From Octopus sinensis (Eukaryota), in NCBI RefSeq assembly GCF_006345805.1, contig NC_043000.1, positions 151,652,001-151,716,000 on the forward strand: 64,000 nt of DNA, written 5' to 3'. The notes under the pieces are model-generated. The model searched no databases. It was not told the DNA's origin and worked only from the letters and a program-made list of their open reading frames with translations. Positions 1 to 13,045 of the stretch are shown here, piece by piece. How positions within the stretch are numbered: position 1 is the stretch's first letter; every line of letters starts with the position of its first letter. The position numbers and the translations under genes were made by a program.

Positions 1-119
1 AACAAAATCATTCTACATGTGCCCTCTCGTAAAACTCCACATCAAAGGTATGTTCTACAACATATTTCGCCATAGTCCTGTGTTTGCAGGTCCTTCCATC
101 TATCACCAATGAATTAGAA

Positions 120-563
120 GGATGAAAAAAGCACCATCCGAACGTGGCCGATGCCAGCGTTGCCTCGACTGGCTTCTGTGCCGGTGGCACATAAAAAGCA
201 CCATCCGAACTTGGCCGATGCCAGCGCTGCCTCGACTGGCTCCAGTGCCAGTGGTACATAAAAAGCACTATCCGAACGTGGCCGTTGCCAGCGCCGCCTT
301 GGCTGGCTTCCGTGCTGGTGACACGTTAAAAGCTCCAACCAATCGTGGCCGATGCCGGACCCCCCTGGCACCTGTGCTGGTGGCACGTAAAAAGCACCCA
401 CTACACTCGCGGAGTGGTTGGTGTTAGGAAGGGTATCCAGCTGTAGAAACTCTGCCAGATCAGACTGGAGCCTAGTGCAGCTCCTGGCTTCACAAACACC
501 GGTCGAACCGTCCAACCTGTGCTGGTGCGGAAAACGGACGTTAAACAATGATGATGATGATGA
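120..563 (+). mobile_element. 5'-truncated RTE 3' UTR copy with four ~67-bp tandem modules
   Basis: Repeats of aaaagcaccatccgaacgtggccgatgccagcg...gtggcac, then the common terminal domain and (GAT)n. Confidence 0.8.
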
Positions 564-1518
564 AAGTAAAGTTAGACACAGCAGAATTTGATCTCACAAT
601 ATCTAAAACCAGAACAAATACTGCAAGGCATTTTTGCCCAAACTGGATATGTGTAATTCTTGGAATAGTTTGTTTCATGCTAAATGCCTTTCTAACATAT
701 CACTAACTACTCAGCTGTGAACCAGAATAGCAATTTATTATTAGCCTGACTGGGGTCTTGCTTTTAGAGTTATGTACTTTGCCAAGGAGCAAAAACATAC
801 CAGCACTAAAGTTTAAACTAATCATTCATAAAGTTCAGCTTTATGAGCTTAGCATACTTTGTACTTAAGATGGGCAGGAAGTGTGTGCTACTTTAAGATA
901 TTATTCATGATACACTGACGATTATAAAGGGAATTGAACAGCATTTAAATGAGCTCCACTGCTGCTTCTTCAGTTACAAAAATGTAAATCTGGGAGATAT
1001 CAGATATTTCTTTTGTAAATGGATGCTCAAGCAGTAGGGACATGTGAAATGAAAATATAACACATAAAAAAAAAGAGAAGATACACATGGAACAGAAGAT
1101 AGTTGAGGTACATTGTTATTGTAAGATAAATTGCCTGATTAGGCTTGTAACAATATGTACTGAATAAAATAAAAGTACTCTGGTTGAAAAGAAATTTAGG
1201 TGATTTGCACTAGAAATATCTTGCAGCAATTTGAAACCTCAATCCTTATATTCATGACTCCTACACAATTCTTGCACAAGCCACAATTATGCCAAGTAAT
1301 AATAATACAGCTCTACAAGCCACGAAAGTCATTTAGCTGACATATGATAATGTTACATTTTGTTTACCAACTAGCTATAACTGTATTTAAGTCTGCATTC
1401 TAATATAAAAACATCAGATTGGAGTCTGGTGCAGCCTCTGGCTCTCCAGACCTCAACCAAACTGTCCAACCCATGCCAGCATGGAAAACAGATGTTAAAT
1501 GATGATGATGATGAAGAT

Positions 1519-1900
1519 GAGTGGCTGTGTGGTAAGTAGCTTGCTAACCAACCACATGGTCCGGGTTCAGTCCCACTGCGTGGCACCTTGGGCAAGTGTC
1601 TTCTTACTATAGCCTCGGGCCGACCAATGCCTTGTGAGTGGATTTGGTAGACGGAAACTGAAAGAAGCCTGTCGTATATATATATGTATATGTGTGTTTG
1701 TGTGTGTATGTTTGTCCCCCTAGCATTGCTTGACAACCGATGCTGGTGTGTTTACGTCCCGTCACTTAGCGGTTCAGCAAAAGAGACCAAAAGAATAAGT
1801 ACTGGGCTTACAAAGAATAAGTCCCGGGGTCGATTTGCTCAACTAAAGGCGGTGCTCCAGCATGGCCGCAGTCAAATGACTGAAACAAGTAAAAAAAAAA
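1519..1900 (+). mobile_element. tRNA-derived SINE family A (CORE-like), ~380 bp
   Basis: A-box tggctgtgtgg, B-box ggttcagtccc, ccttgggcaagtg core-like segment, internal (TA/TG)n, tail gactgaaacaagtaaaa. Confidence 0.85.
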
Positions 1901-2034
1901 ACAAAAAAAAACATATCTTGAAACTCATCCACATCATTATTTCATACCCATTTTCCATCCCGGAATGCGTTGGGTGGGTTGTCACAGACCAAGTCAGTTC
2001 TTTTTTTTTTGAAGTTATTACTCTCCATGATGCA

Positions 2035-2600
2035 TCAAGGAACCATATCTTGCTCATTTGTTTCATTAAGCATGGTTCCTCTGGTTAGATGCCATTCCTA
2101 ACACTAACCTCTTTACAGAGTGTGCTGGGTGCATTTTATGACAGTGCCAACACTAGAGAGGTTGTTGTACCTTCAACAAAACAAAGCAAAAGAGTTCTCC
2201 CAACCCCTTCATTGTCTCTGCCCATTCACCAATCCTTTTGTGGAGCATAGTGGGTGAGTTTTATCATAGCACCAGCACTAGTGAAGTTGCTTTGTACCCT
2301 ACAAGACTAAAGAGGTCCTCATCACACTATCAAGGAACTATATCTTGTTCATTTGGCATCATTCCTAACACTAACCTCTTTACAGGGTCTGCTGGAAGCA
2401 TTTTATGATGATGCCAACACTAAAGAGGTTGTTGTGCTTTGAACAGAACAGAGCAAAAAAAAATTCTTTCAACCCCCACATTATTTCTGCCCATTCACCA
2501 ACCATTTTGCAGAGCACAGTGGGTGAGTTTTATCATAGCACCAGCACTAGTGAAGTTGCTTTGTACCCTACAAGACCCACAAGGTCCACATCACAGTTGC
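2035..2600. repeat. Tandem duplication, period ~295 bp
   Basis: tcaaggaac.atatcttg...gttttatcatagcaccagcactagtgaagttgctttgtaccctacaagac occurs from 2035 and from 2330. Confidence 0.85.
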
Positions 2601-3289
2601 CTCATTCAATCAAGGCAACAATAAAGTGTGCAGGAGAGAGGGTGAGTGAATCTTAAAGGACATAATCAACCCACTCACAGTTTGAAATATATCCTTCCTT
2701 TTACCTTTTAGTTGTTTCAGTCATTTGACTGCGGCCATGCTGGAGCACCACCTTTAGTCAAGCAAATCGACCCCAAGGCTTATTCTTTGAAAGCCTAGTA
2801 CTTATTCTTTCAGTCTCCTTTGCCGAATCGCTAAGTTACAGGGACGCAAACACACCAGCATCGGTTGTCAAGCGATGTTGGGGGGGACAAACACAGACAC
2901 ACAAAAACATACATATATACGACGGGCTTCTTTCAGTTTCCATCTACCAAATCCACTCACAAGGCTTTGGTCGGCCCGAGGCTATAGTAGAAGACACTTG
3001 CCCAAGGTGCCACACATAAATTATTAAAACAATGATAGTTTCAATAGGTCATATATATACATATATTTGATTAATAATGAAACTTATAGCTGATTAACAT
3101 TCTGAGAAAGTTCCTATAAAAATATATTCTAATGATCCAACTTGCTTAGACGACTATCTGGAACCAAAAAAAAAAGGAAGAAGGAGTGACATAACATTCC
3201 ATCTTAATGAATTCTGTTAGTCAGACAAAATCTCTAACATTTTTATTGCATTCCTTCATATTATAATCATCATAAATTTGCTTTTCTAT

Positions 3290-3695
3290 CGTCATCATCA
3301 TCGTTTAACGTCTGTTCTCCACGCTAGCATGGGTTGGACGGTTCGACTGGGGATCTGGGAAGCCAGAAGGCTGCACCAAGCTCCGGTCTTATCTGGCAAT
3401 GTTTCTACAGCTGGATGCCCTTCCTAACACCAACCACTCCGTGAGTGTAGTGGGTGCTTTTTACGTGCCACCTGCACTAGAGCCAGGCGAGGCTGGCATC
3501 GGCCACGGTCGGATTGGTGCATTTTACATGCCACCTGCACGGAAGCCAGTCGAGGCGGCACTGGCTTCGGCCACGATTCGGATGGTGCTTTTTACGTATC
3601 TCCAGTCCAAGGGTCCTGGCATCTACCGGGTGCCAGTCATAGGATTGGTTCAATTTCGATTCCGATTTCGATTTCACTTGCCCCAACAGGTCTTT
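3290..3695 (-). mobile_element. 5'-truncated RTE 3' end
   Basis: Starts at ORF2-end-like agacctgttggggcaagtga; modules, terminal domain, GAT tail. Confidence 0.75.
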
Positions 3696-4050
3696 CTATG
3701 TCGGCATGAATTAGACAGGTCTCACAGCTTTTTACCGTTTGTTGCCATCCTTCATCATCTAGCACATACAAGAGAGAAGAACTGTGTGAAGACATGGCCA
3801 AGTGGCTAAGCAGTTTACTTCACAATCACAAGGTTCAATTTCACTGTGTGTTATCTTTTACCATAGCACTAAATTAAGTTAAGCCTTGTGAATGACGTAT
3901 CAAGACTAAGGTCCATCATGAGCCCAAGGACTCATCATAAGAGCATAGCATATGTGACTAAGATCACGACACCTCCACCTGAATGGGACGCCAGTTTGTT
4001 GCAGGGTCAACACCTAAACCTATTGTTGGAACTTATTTCAGTTTAGAGGA

Positions 4051-4278
4051 TTAACCCTTTAGCATTCAGATTACTCTGTCAAATGCAAAGCCTGTTTAAT
4101 CACATTGTTTTAAATTAATTGTACAGCATCTTGTAACTCTGAGATTTTGATGATGTCCCTGTTTATTTTTAGAATGACTTTGTAGGGTAGGTGTGAGAGG
4201 TCAGAGCTGGCTGGTTTGAGCATAAAACAGGAAGACAATTTTGGCCAGGTATGGCCGGTTTAAACACTAAAGGGTTAA
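4051..4278. mobile_element. piggyBac-type MITE
   Basis: TTAA|CCCTTTAG...CTAAAGGG|TTAA; interrupts a family C SINE. Confidence 0.85.
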
Positions 4279-5319
4279 AGCAAAGTGAAATGAAGTGTTT
4301 TGCTCAAAAACACAATGCACCCCGCAGTCTGAGAACTGAAACCACGACCTTATGTTTGTGAGTACAACACCTTAACTGCTAGGTCACATGCCTTCACACA
4401 AAATTAAGGAGACAAGACCTGTGCAGAGAAGCACATCAGATAGACTATACTAAACTGGAATACTTCTCTTCCAATTTAGTTGAAGAAACACATATCCGTC
4501 CAACCCATGCCAGCATGGAAAACGGACGTTAAACGATGGTGGTGGTGGTGATGATGATGATATATATATTGTGGAAATGTACTTGCACAGCAAGTGACAT
4601 GATCTGAGATCGTGGGCTGAAGCAAAAACAATTGCAGCGTGGAAGGTGTTTATAAGCCATTCGTGGTTTTAAACCGCTGAAAATATTTTGACAAATTAAA
4701 TTTAAATGTTGAAATGAATCTAATGGTTTTTGTGTGTTCTTGAATGGCTTATAAACACCTTCCCCATTGCAATTGTTTGTTTTTATACATATATAATGTA
4801 TCATCATCATCACCATCATAAGGTAACTCTGCTCATTGAAAAACTGGAACACTCCACTTCAAAATTAACAGAGGAAGCAATGTATGTGGGTGGGTGTTTA
4901 TATATAGACCTGCAGTCATGCAGGAACAATTTTGAAGGATTCAGTTGAGCATGTTGACCCAAGTACTTATTTTTTAAGGTCCAGTACTTAGTCTATCTGT
5001 CTCTTTTGCTAAACCACCAAGTTATAGGGATGTAAACAAACCAACACCAGGAAAAACAAACACACAATATATGCATATATGATGGATTTCCACACAGCTT
5101 CCATCTACCAAAAGCATTGGTCAGCCCAGAGTTATAGTAAAAGAAACTTGTCCAAGGTGCCATGCTGTGGGACTGAGCCTAAAACCACATGGTTACAGTG
5201 CAAGCTTCTTAATCACACAACCATGCCAGCACCTATATACAACATCATTTTTATATCTGCTTTTTTTTCTATGCTTGCATTGGTTGGACAAGGCCTTGCC
5301 AACATAGCATCCTACCACT

Positions 5320-6050
5320 TGTCCAAAGTTTAGCTTCCTGAGACCGGTAATCCACAGATCCGTCCGGTTCTTACTTGGTCTTCCTCTTCTATTGAATCCT
5401 CCTAGATAAATCTCTTAGCACTCCTTCACCCCCCCCCCCACTATTATAATCTAAATGCATTATATGTCCATATCAGCATAGGTGCCACCCTTGCATACTA
5501 TAGCTAATCCCTCTTAGATATATGCCTCATTGTTTATGCACAGTAACATTGCACACCCATCAGAGCATGCTTGCCTCATTTCTTTTCAACATTTTCACAT
5601 CCTCTGCATTTAGTGCCCACACCTCACCATCATGCAGCATTACAGTTTGTACACATACATCATACAATCCACTTTTTGCTCAGAAAGAGACTTCTCTTGT
5701 TATCAGCAAAGGTAATAGCTTCCTGAATTTTTCCCACCTGATTCCAATTCAGGCCACTACACATTAAGTACATCCTCTCTTTCAGTTGATTACGTCATCT
5801 AGGAAACAGAAGCTATCAACAACTGTAGTGCCTTCTGAGCACTGTAAATGAATTGACTTGTATTTGGGTGTTCTGCGAGCTCACCAGTAATACAGCTACC
5901 ACAGGCAAAATCTCTATTCACTGCCAGCCTATCTTTCAGTTGATTCCTTGCAGCTCTTGTGCACTCACAGATCACACAGAGTATACTGGATGGAATTTCT
6001 ACCCATTTATTCCTTTTCTGCATCTTGACTACAAACATTTCCCAGGTGGT
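5320..6050 (-). mobile_element. RTE LINE ORF2 C-terminal relic
   Basis: Same C-terminal RTE region as 24120-24806 on the opposite strand (IRWEKFRKLLPLLITR..LYDVCVQTVMLHDGE.WAL). Confidence 0.75.
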
Positions 6051-6294
6051 TATCAAAGGTCTTGTCTTTACAACTACTTAGTAAAACCTTTGCCAAGTTT
6101 ACTCTGAGGCTGTATGATTCAAGGTTTAGTTTCCATAGCTGGAATTTTTCTCTTAACTTTCATACAATGTAAACATAAAACCCTGCATTATGAGGGAGTC
6201 ATCTCCAATGTGCTATACTGCAGTGTACTGGCAAACAAGCAAGACACATTATGTACGGTTGATAATGTTTACAATGCCAGTGCTGCTTTTAATT

Positions 6295-6740
6295 CCATCA
6301 TCATCATCATTATCATTCAATATCCATTTTCCATGCTGGCATGAGTTTGATGGTTTGACAGGAGCTGACCAGTTGAAGGGCTGTTCAGGTTCCATGTCTG
6401 CTTTGACGTGGTTTCTATGGCTGGATGCCCTTCCTAACACCAACCACTTTGCAGAGTGTACTGGGTGCTTTTTATGTGGTACCAGCACCTACGAGCCTGC
6501 AATATTAGGGATGATCATCTGGAGAGGGCCACAGGGGAAGAGCCAGTATACAAGGGCAACCATGCTTTTAATTAGCTGGTGTGTCTTTTCAAGCACAACA
6601 AACTGCCAGGAGTCTCAGTCCCCTGTCATCCCTTCTGTGAGTCCCGACATCTGTAGATCCTTCCTCACCACTTTGTCCCACATCTTCCTGGGTCTACCTC
6701 TTCCACATGTTCCCTCTACAATTAGAGATTGACACCTCTT
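6295..6740 (-). mobile_element. RTE LINE 3' end (ORF2 C-terminus to tail)
   Basis: GRGRPRKMWDKVVRKDL followed by ...ggaagggcatccagcc...ccatgccagcatggaaa...gatgatg. Confidence 0.8.
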
Positions 6741-6860
6741 GATTCATAATTGAATATTATATATATATATTTTAACTTTTATTCATTTATATGTTTCAGC
6801 CCTAAGATGTGACCATGCTGGAGCACCAGCTAAAAGAAATATAAAGTTTGGATACCATAA

Positions 6861-7264
6861 GCTGGCTGTGTGGTAAGTAGCTTGCTAACCAACCACATGG
6901 TTCCAGGTTCAGTCCCACTGCATGGCATCTTGGGCAAGTGTCTTCTGCTATAGCCCCGGGCCGACCAATGCCTTGTGAGTGGATTTGGTAGATGGAAACT
7001 GAAAGAAGCCTGTCGTATATATGTATATATATATAAGTGTGTGTGTGTATATATTTGTGCGTCTGTGTTTGTCCCCCTAGCATTGCTTGACAACCGATGC
7101 TGGTGTGTTTACATCCCCGTCACTTAGCGGTTCGGCAAAAGAGACCACTAGAATAAGTACTGGGCTTACAAAGAATAAGTCCCGGGGTCGATTTGCTCGA
7201 CTAAAGGTGATGCTACAGCATGGCCGCAGTCAAATGACTGAAACAAGTAAAAGAGTAAATAGAG
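6861..7264 (+). mobile_element. SINE family A
   Basis: Full-length match to the other copies. Confidence 0.85.
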
Positions 7265-8300
7265 ATCTGTAACAAAGTCAAAAAATAACTCTTATAAAAT
7301 TATGAGCATTATCGAAAACATTACAATGCTTTTCATATCCAATAATATATTTTAAAAAACATCATATAACCTGGCATATCCCAGTAATAAGGTTTTCATC
7401 CATTTCCCGTCTTTATATTCTCAAATTACTTAACAACTGAGTCGAACAGAATTGGGGGAGTGATAGAATCATGCCCACATGTAAACTTCAAGGGAGAAAT
7501 AGGAAGCTGGTAACATTTTAATCAAACACTAGATATATAAGTGAAAAAAAGAATTAATAGTAGATTCAATTCACTGAGCATTTGATGCTACATAGTACAA
7601 CAGTTGTCTACTTATTTGAGACTGAAAGCATATATATATATATATATATCCAGCAATTCAACTGAAAAAATATCAATAATTCTGAATAAAACAAAAACTA
7701 ATAACCTAATTTCTAACAATTATCTAAACGTTTTGTGACGTCTCTGTATTTTCATTATGTATTTTGCACACAAATTTCACCTAAAGAGTTGCTATAAAAT
7801 TTGAAGTTACTCATTAATGTGGCTAGTGATATAGTATAGAATTGTAAGTACTTAGTAGAACAAATTCATAATATCATGTAATGTGTGCTTTCCATGCTGG
7901 CATGGGTTAGACTGGAACTGATAAGCCAGAGAGCTGCATCAGGTTCCAGTCTGATTTGGCATGGTTTCTATGGCTGGATGTCCTTCCTAATGACAACCAC
8001 TCTGAGTATAATGAGTCCTTGTTCAATCTGGCATGTTCAATCCAGGTTCAGTATTTTACTCATACTGCATGAAGTTGATCCCCACCTCTTCCTGGGGTTC
8101 ATAGTTCTGCGAGCTGCATGGTGATCTCAATAGTGCTGGTGGCAGGGAAAAAGCATATGGTACATGTTATAAAGTGGTTGGTTTTAGGGAGGACATCAAC
8201 GACACAAACTAGACCAAAGAAGCATTGGAGTACAATGTAGTCCTTGGACCTATTGGTTTCTGACAAACCATCCAACCCATGCCAGCATGGAACAAGGATA

Positions 8301-8529
8301 TTAACCCTTTAGCATTTAAACTGGCCATATCCGGCCAAAAATTTTCTACCTGTTTTATGTTCAAACTAGCTATATCTGGTCTCTCACACCAACCCTACAA
8401 TGTCATTCTAGAAATTAACAGCTACCTCATCAAAATCTCATAGCTACAAGATAATGCATGATTAATTCAAAACAATGTGGATGAAGAAGCATTAATTTTG
8501 GCAGAATAATGCGAACACTAAAGGGTTAA
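8301..8529. mobile_element. piggyBac-type MITE (same family, reverse orientation)
   Basis: Same TIRs and TTAA; inserted at the TTAA of an RTE tail. Confidence 0.85.
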
Positions 8530-8949
8530 ACAATGATGATGATGATGGTGTGTGTGTGTGTGTATTTATATATGGAGACAATTGTGTTAGTGTCTCCTTA
8601 TCTTGACTTATATAATGTAAACAAGTGTCAGCATCATATGAGTGGTATGTCTTCTGTGAAGACATGTCCAGCCAAGGGCAAATATTACCCTGTTTGGAAA
8701 CAGGTGAGGTTGGTAACAAGAAGGGCATCCAGTCATAGAAATTCTGTCTCAAAAGATTCTATCTGACTCATGCAAGCATGGAAAAACAGACACTAAACTG
8801 ATAATGATGATGATGATGATATAAAGATTATGAAACACCATAACCTGATTGAAAAGAAATAAGTTAAAATGTACAGTTGAATGTACAGTATAAGCTTGTG
8901 AGAAATGCTGACTAATGTGAGAAAATGGTTAGGGTTTTAGAGCAATTAC

Positions 8950-9044
8950 CTATTGTATACAAGTAAAATAATTACACAGTTATTGACATGTAAAAACAGC
9001 TGATGCATGCTGGGAGAGAAAGTGTTGCAAGATGATACAAGAAA
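8950..9044 (-). other. Candidate internal exon (FLVSSCNTFSP...LVYN+AG)
   Basis: tttttttgcag|...AG|gtaatt; only phase 0 is open, matching the previous candidate. Abuts an RTE relic, so may be chance. Confidence 0.27.
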
Positions 9045-9059
9045 CTGCAAAAAAAACTT

Positions 9060-9330
9060 GCAACCATCATCCACATATGTTTGCACTGGTCCTCTCCAGC
9101 ACAATGTCTGAGTACTTGTTGTGGCGGCTTTCATCATCTCCCATTTGAGGTTGAACTCCCTCAGCTCAACTTTCAATTCTCATGTCTTCCTTTCTTTCCT
9201 GAGTTTCCTTTTACTTACATTGCTGTTTACCCAATTGTCATTTTTCTACATGCATCACTTGTGTCCACACCTGCCCAGTTCCTCAGACAGCATTCTGCAT
9301 CAGATTTCTCTTATGCCAAGTAATAAGGTA
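9060..9330 (-). mobile_element. Degraded LINE (RTE-like) 3' coding fragment
   Basis: Purine-rich minus strand with remnants of the R-W-G-V-H and KKGR motifs. Confidence 0.4.
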
Positions 9331-10086
9331 ATAAAATCAAATTCAAGATAACGCAAACATCAAACATACCATTGAAAAACATCCAGTCAAAGCATGACAG
9401 GCAGCATGGCAGAAAGCAAATACTAAATGCTAAAATAATTTACAGTAATGTACTGACAAATTCTTTTCCATATGTGCCTTACAAAGAGAAGAGGGGGCAA
9501 CGAATGGCAGAAACCACAGAGCAACAGATAAAACAACATCCAGTATTTAGTTACATCTCTTTATAGTTTGCATTCAAATCCCACTTGGGTTCACTTTCCC
9601 CATTCAGCGTTCCAGGGAAGATGAACTAAGTACCAACCACCCACTGACTCACAGATGTAATGCTTTTTGAGAAACCCACACACGTAATATGAGACATTTT
9701 ATAAGGACTCAAAATATGAGGTATCCCACCTCTTTCCTTAATAATAATTCCCTTTAAATTTTAGCCTATAATATACTAACCAAAATATTACTGTATTTCA
9801 TTGAGTTTGCTTTGTAACCATGTGGTTCAAGTTCTATCTCAACTACATATCTTCTACTATAGCCTCTGGCTAGCTGATACCATGTAAATGGGATTGGTAG
9901 ATGGAAACTGTAGGGAAGCCTATATGTGCGTGTGTTTCTGTGCAAGTGTATGCATGTGAATGGTGGCATTCTACAGCTTCACTTGTCACTGCCTAAGCTA
10001 AATGGTGATGTGATGTTTACATTCCCTATTTGACATGACAGTTCATCACTCTTCACTTTCAAAGATCAGAGGAATCAATACCTTAC

Positions 10087-10267
10087 TTGAAAAACAAACA
10101 AAAATTGGTCACAGGAAAGCCATTTGGTTGTAAAATGCTGCTTCAAATAAGTCTCTATCCAGTCCATGTTAGAATGGGGAAATAGATGACAAACAAACAT
10201 GAGGTGCATCTGTATGAAAAGTAAGGTCTCTGATTCAACATTTTCAGGCTGAAACACATTACTTGAC
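10087..10267 (-). other. Candidate internal exon (SSNVFQPENVESETLL...FLFVFQ)
   Basis: Strong acceptor ttttttagcag| and donor CAA|gtaagg; 181 nt open, phase 2/0. No family recognised. Confidence 0.33.
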
Positions 10268-10824
10268 CTGCTAAAAAACAACAGCAAAAACAGTCAGCTG
10301 AATATCTATCCGAAACCTAATTCCAATAACATAATATCATGAGGTTTGATAACTTAGCTTTTCAGGAGCTCAGCATGGAAATGAAAATGTATATGCTGTT
10401 GCCTTTTCTTGAATGTGCAATTCTGCTGAACCAAGTTATGTCTTCAAAGTTTACAAAGGAAAAAAAAAAAGCCTTACTTTTCAACTTAGGATACTTAGAA
10501 AATCTGTTATACTACCAAGTTTGCTCCAAACTAAAACCTAAATTTTACAATACAAGGATCAACACCAAACAAATGCTACTCGGAGTATATAGAATGCATC
10601 TTATAGGATCTCTGTGGAACCTAAAACAATGGTATTTCAAAACAAATACCTTTCAGTGGGAGTTGATGAATACTCACAACACCTTTTGTGCACTTCATTG
10701 AGCAGATATCACCACTCAAGCAATTGTCTGGTGCCTTCAGTTAAGTTCTTTAGCTGGAACAGTTAGTTCTATATACAGTGATAGAGGTACTCAATTCATA
10801 ATTAAACTAAGTTACAAATTTTCT

Positions 10825-11082
10825 GTGTCGGTGACACGTAAAAAGCACCAACCAGTCGTGACTATTTGCCAGCATCCTCTGGCCCCTGTACTGGTGGCAC
10901 GTAAAAAGCACCCACTACACTCTCAGAGTGGTTTGCGTTAGGAAAGGCATCCAGCCGTAGAAACACTGCCAGATCAGACTGGAGCCTGGTGCAGCCTCCT
11001 GGCTTCCCAGACCCCGGTTGAATCGTCCAACCCATGCTAGCACGGAAAACGGACGTTAAACGATGATGATGATGATGATGAA
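10825..11082 (+). mobile_element. 5'-truncated RTE 3' UTR copy
   Basis: Shared terminal domain and (GAT)n tail. Further copies at about 1420, 7880, 8130, 8630, 13419, 16270, 25308, 32140, 37100, 39225, 39395, 39970, 43605, 43840, 46978, 48865, 50358, 53436, 53825, 54220. Confidence 0.8.
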
Positions 11083-12220
11083 TAAACTGAGCCAATGGGA
11101 ACCACCCTTTGGAAAACAAGGGGAAAGAAACAATGTGAGAGAATCAATATAGAGACAATATTGAAGTCAGAACTGTTAGTCCTATAATCACAGAATTTTC
11201 CAGAATTTCATTGGGAAAATGTTCATTAAATGCTTCACTCAGTTCAGCCATTACTACCCACAAGACTACTTGTAATAGTTTTTCTCTCTAAACATGCTGT
11301 TTGCCAGTCAGTAGCTACCGACCTTCTTGGTTAATTTCTTCTAATCCCGCCTTTATTAAGGACATGTGAACAGTGACTCCTTAGTAGAGAAAGCTGAAAT
11401 ACTGGTATGTGATGGCAGATTTACTTTTGTTCAGAAAATTATAGCATAATAGACACAGACTCCTTCATGGTTAATCCCTATACCTAACAACACCACAAGC
11501 AAAGCTGGTGGAGTTGGACATACCACATCTTAACCTCAGTAACACTCCCAGTTCTCATTCTACAGTTGATGACAAAATTGTTTATCAAGAGAGAGAAAGT
11601 GAAATTACTTCCCCAAACCATACCATGCCCATCACTCCTATTAATGGACACTGTTATTCAAAGAGATTGAGCAAGTTGCAAGAGAAACTTTTCTTTTAAT
11701 AAGGAGGGGGGGAAATCTGCATTCTTTTAACAATTCTTTACTCAAGAGGAAGATACAGTTCAATCTAGGAAAGAGTGCAAAAGGAAAAGCAGTAAGATGC
11801 CCTCCTTGTCTGTGATAGTGTTGCAAATAGAATTGTCTGATACATCAGACTCAACTATAAATTAGATGCAGTTGTAAATAGCATGGAAGAAAGTATTTTC
11901 TATGTCAACTTTGATATTTTTCAAGATGGTAACAGTTTTTTGAGGAATGGGGGAAAGTGGTACGTTTCAGTAAAAGTCTTAATTTGAAAAACCTGTGGCC
12001 CATTTACTGTAGTACAATAGCAGTCTTTTCAACTTGTATTTTAGAAGTACAGATTTTAAGACATTTAAATGGAAGCTGCCTAACAAGATTAACAGTTAAC
12101 CTGTGGCCTTCAATGCAATACCCAAGAAATATTATGTGAGCATGGGAAATGGATGTTAAATAATGATGATTTTACCAAAAATGTAAACAACTCTTTTTAG
12201 ATATTTACTCTTTCTCTTTT

Positions 12221-12421
12221 CTCTTTTACTTGTTTCAGTCATTTGGCTGCGGCCATGCTGGAGCATCGCCTTTAGTCGAGCAAATTGACCCCAGGACTTA
12301 TTCTTTGTAAGCCCAGTACTTATTTTATCGGTCTCTTTTGCCGAACCGCTAAGTGACGGGGACGTAAACACACCAGCATTGGTTGTCAAGCAATGCTAGG
12401 GGGACAAACACAGACACACAA

Positions 12422-12457
<36 letters not shown>

Positions 12458-12620
12458 GACAGGCTTCTTTCAGTTTCCGTCTACCAAATCCACTCACAAG
12501 GCATTGGTCGGCCCAGGGCTATAGCAGAAAACACTTGCTCAAGATGCCACGCAGTGGGACTGAACCCAGAACCATGTGGTTGGTTAGCAAGCTACTTACC
12601 ACACAGCCACTCCTGCACCT
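12221..12620 (-). mobile_element. SINE family A, young subfamily
   Basis: Near-identical to 17924, 28710, 32733 and 52758. Confidence 0.85.
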
Positions 12621-12872
12621 ATATATATATTTAAATCTCCGGTATATGACAGAAATGCCTTTAGATTTCCGTCATGATCTTCCTTAGAGTTACTGCATAA
12701 TAAATGAGGTCATCTAAGTAGAAATAGATTCAAAATTATTCAGTGAGATAATTTGGTTCATTGCTCAAGAAAAAAAAAACACAACATTCTGAAGGCTAAA
12801 CAGGAGTCATATATACTAATATAATTGTCCCAAGGCTAGAAAAGCACTTAAAGATGGTCTTTCATCACTTAC

Positions 12873-12904
12873 AACAGTTGGTTGTAGACTTGTTTCATGT
12901 CAAC
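12873..12904 (-). other. Candidate internal exon (VDMKQVYNQL+TT)
   Basis: ttttagctag|...|gtaagt; phase 0/2, compatible with 10267-10087. Confidence 0.3.
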
Positions 12905-12913
12905 CTAGCTAAA

Positions 12914-12988
12914 ATATGTGTGCTGTCATATGTGTGCTGTCATATGTGTGCTGTCATATGTGTGCTGTCATATGTGTGCTGTCATATG
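12914..12988. repeat. Minisatellite, 14-bp unit x5.4
   Basis: Perfect (atatgtgtgctgtc)5 atatg. Confidence 0.95.
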
Positions 12989-13045
12989 GCATGAATTAAC
13001 TTGTCAATTATAAGTACTGGCAAAGCATCAAAATGATTATGAATA

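Noticed and set aside
8-120. ORF tail ...KHRTMAKYVVEHTFDVEFYERAHVE
   Set aside because: No acceptor in unique sequence and no recognised homolog; the window edge limits evaluation.
120-400. Repeat modules as a CRISPR-like array
   Set aside because: Units are degenerate tandem modules without unique spacers, in a eukaryotic retroelement UTR; no cas genes.
1519-1590. tRNA-like heads of the SINEs as tRNA genes
   Set aside because: A and B boxes are present, but there is no complete cloverleaf and they continue into SINE bodies.
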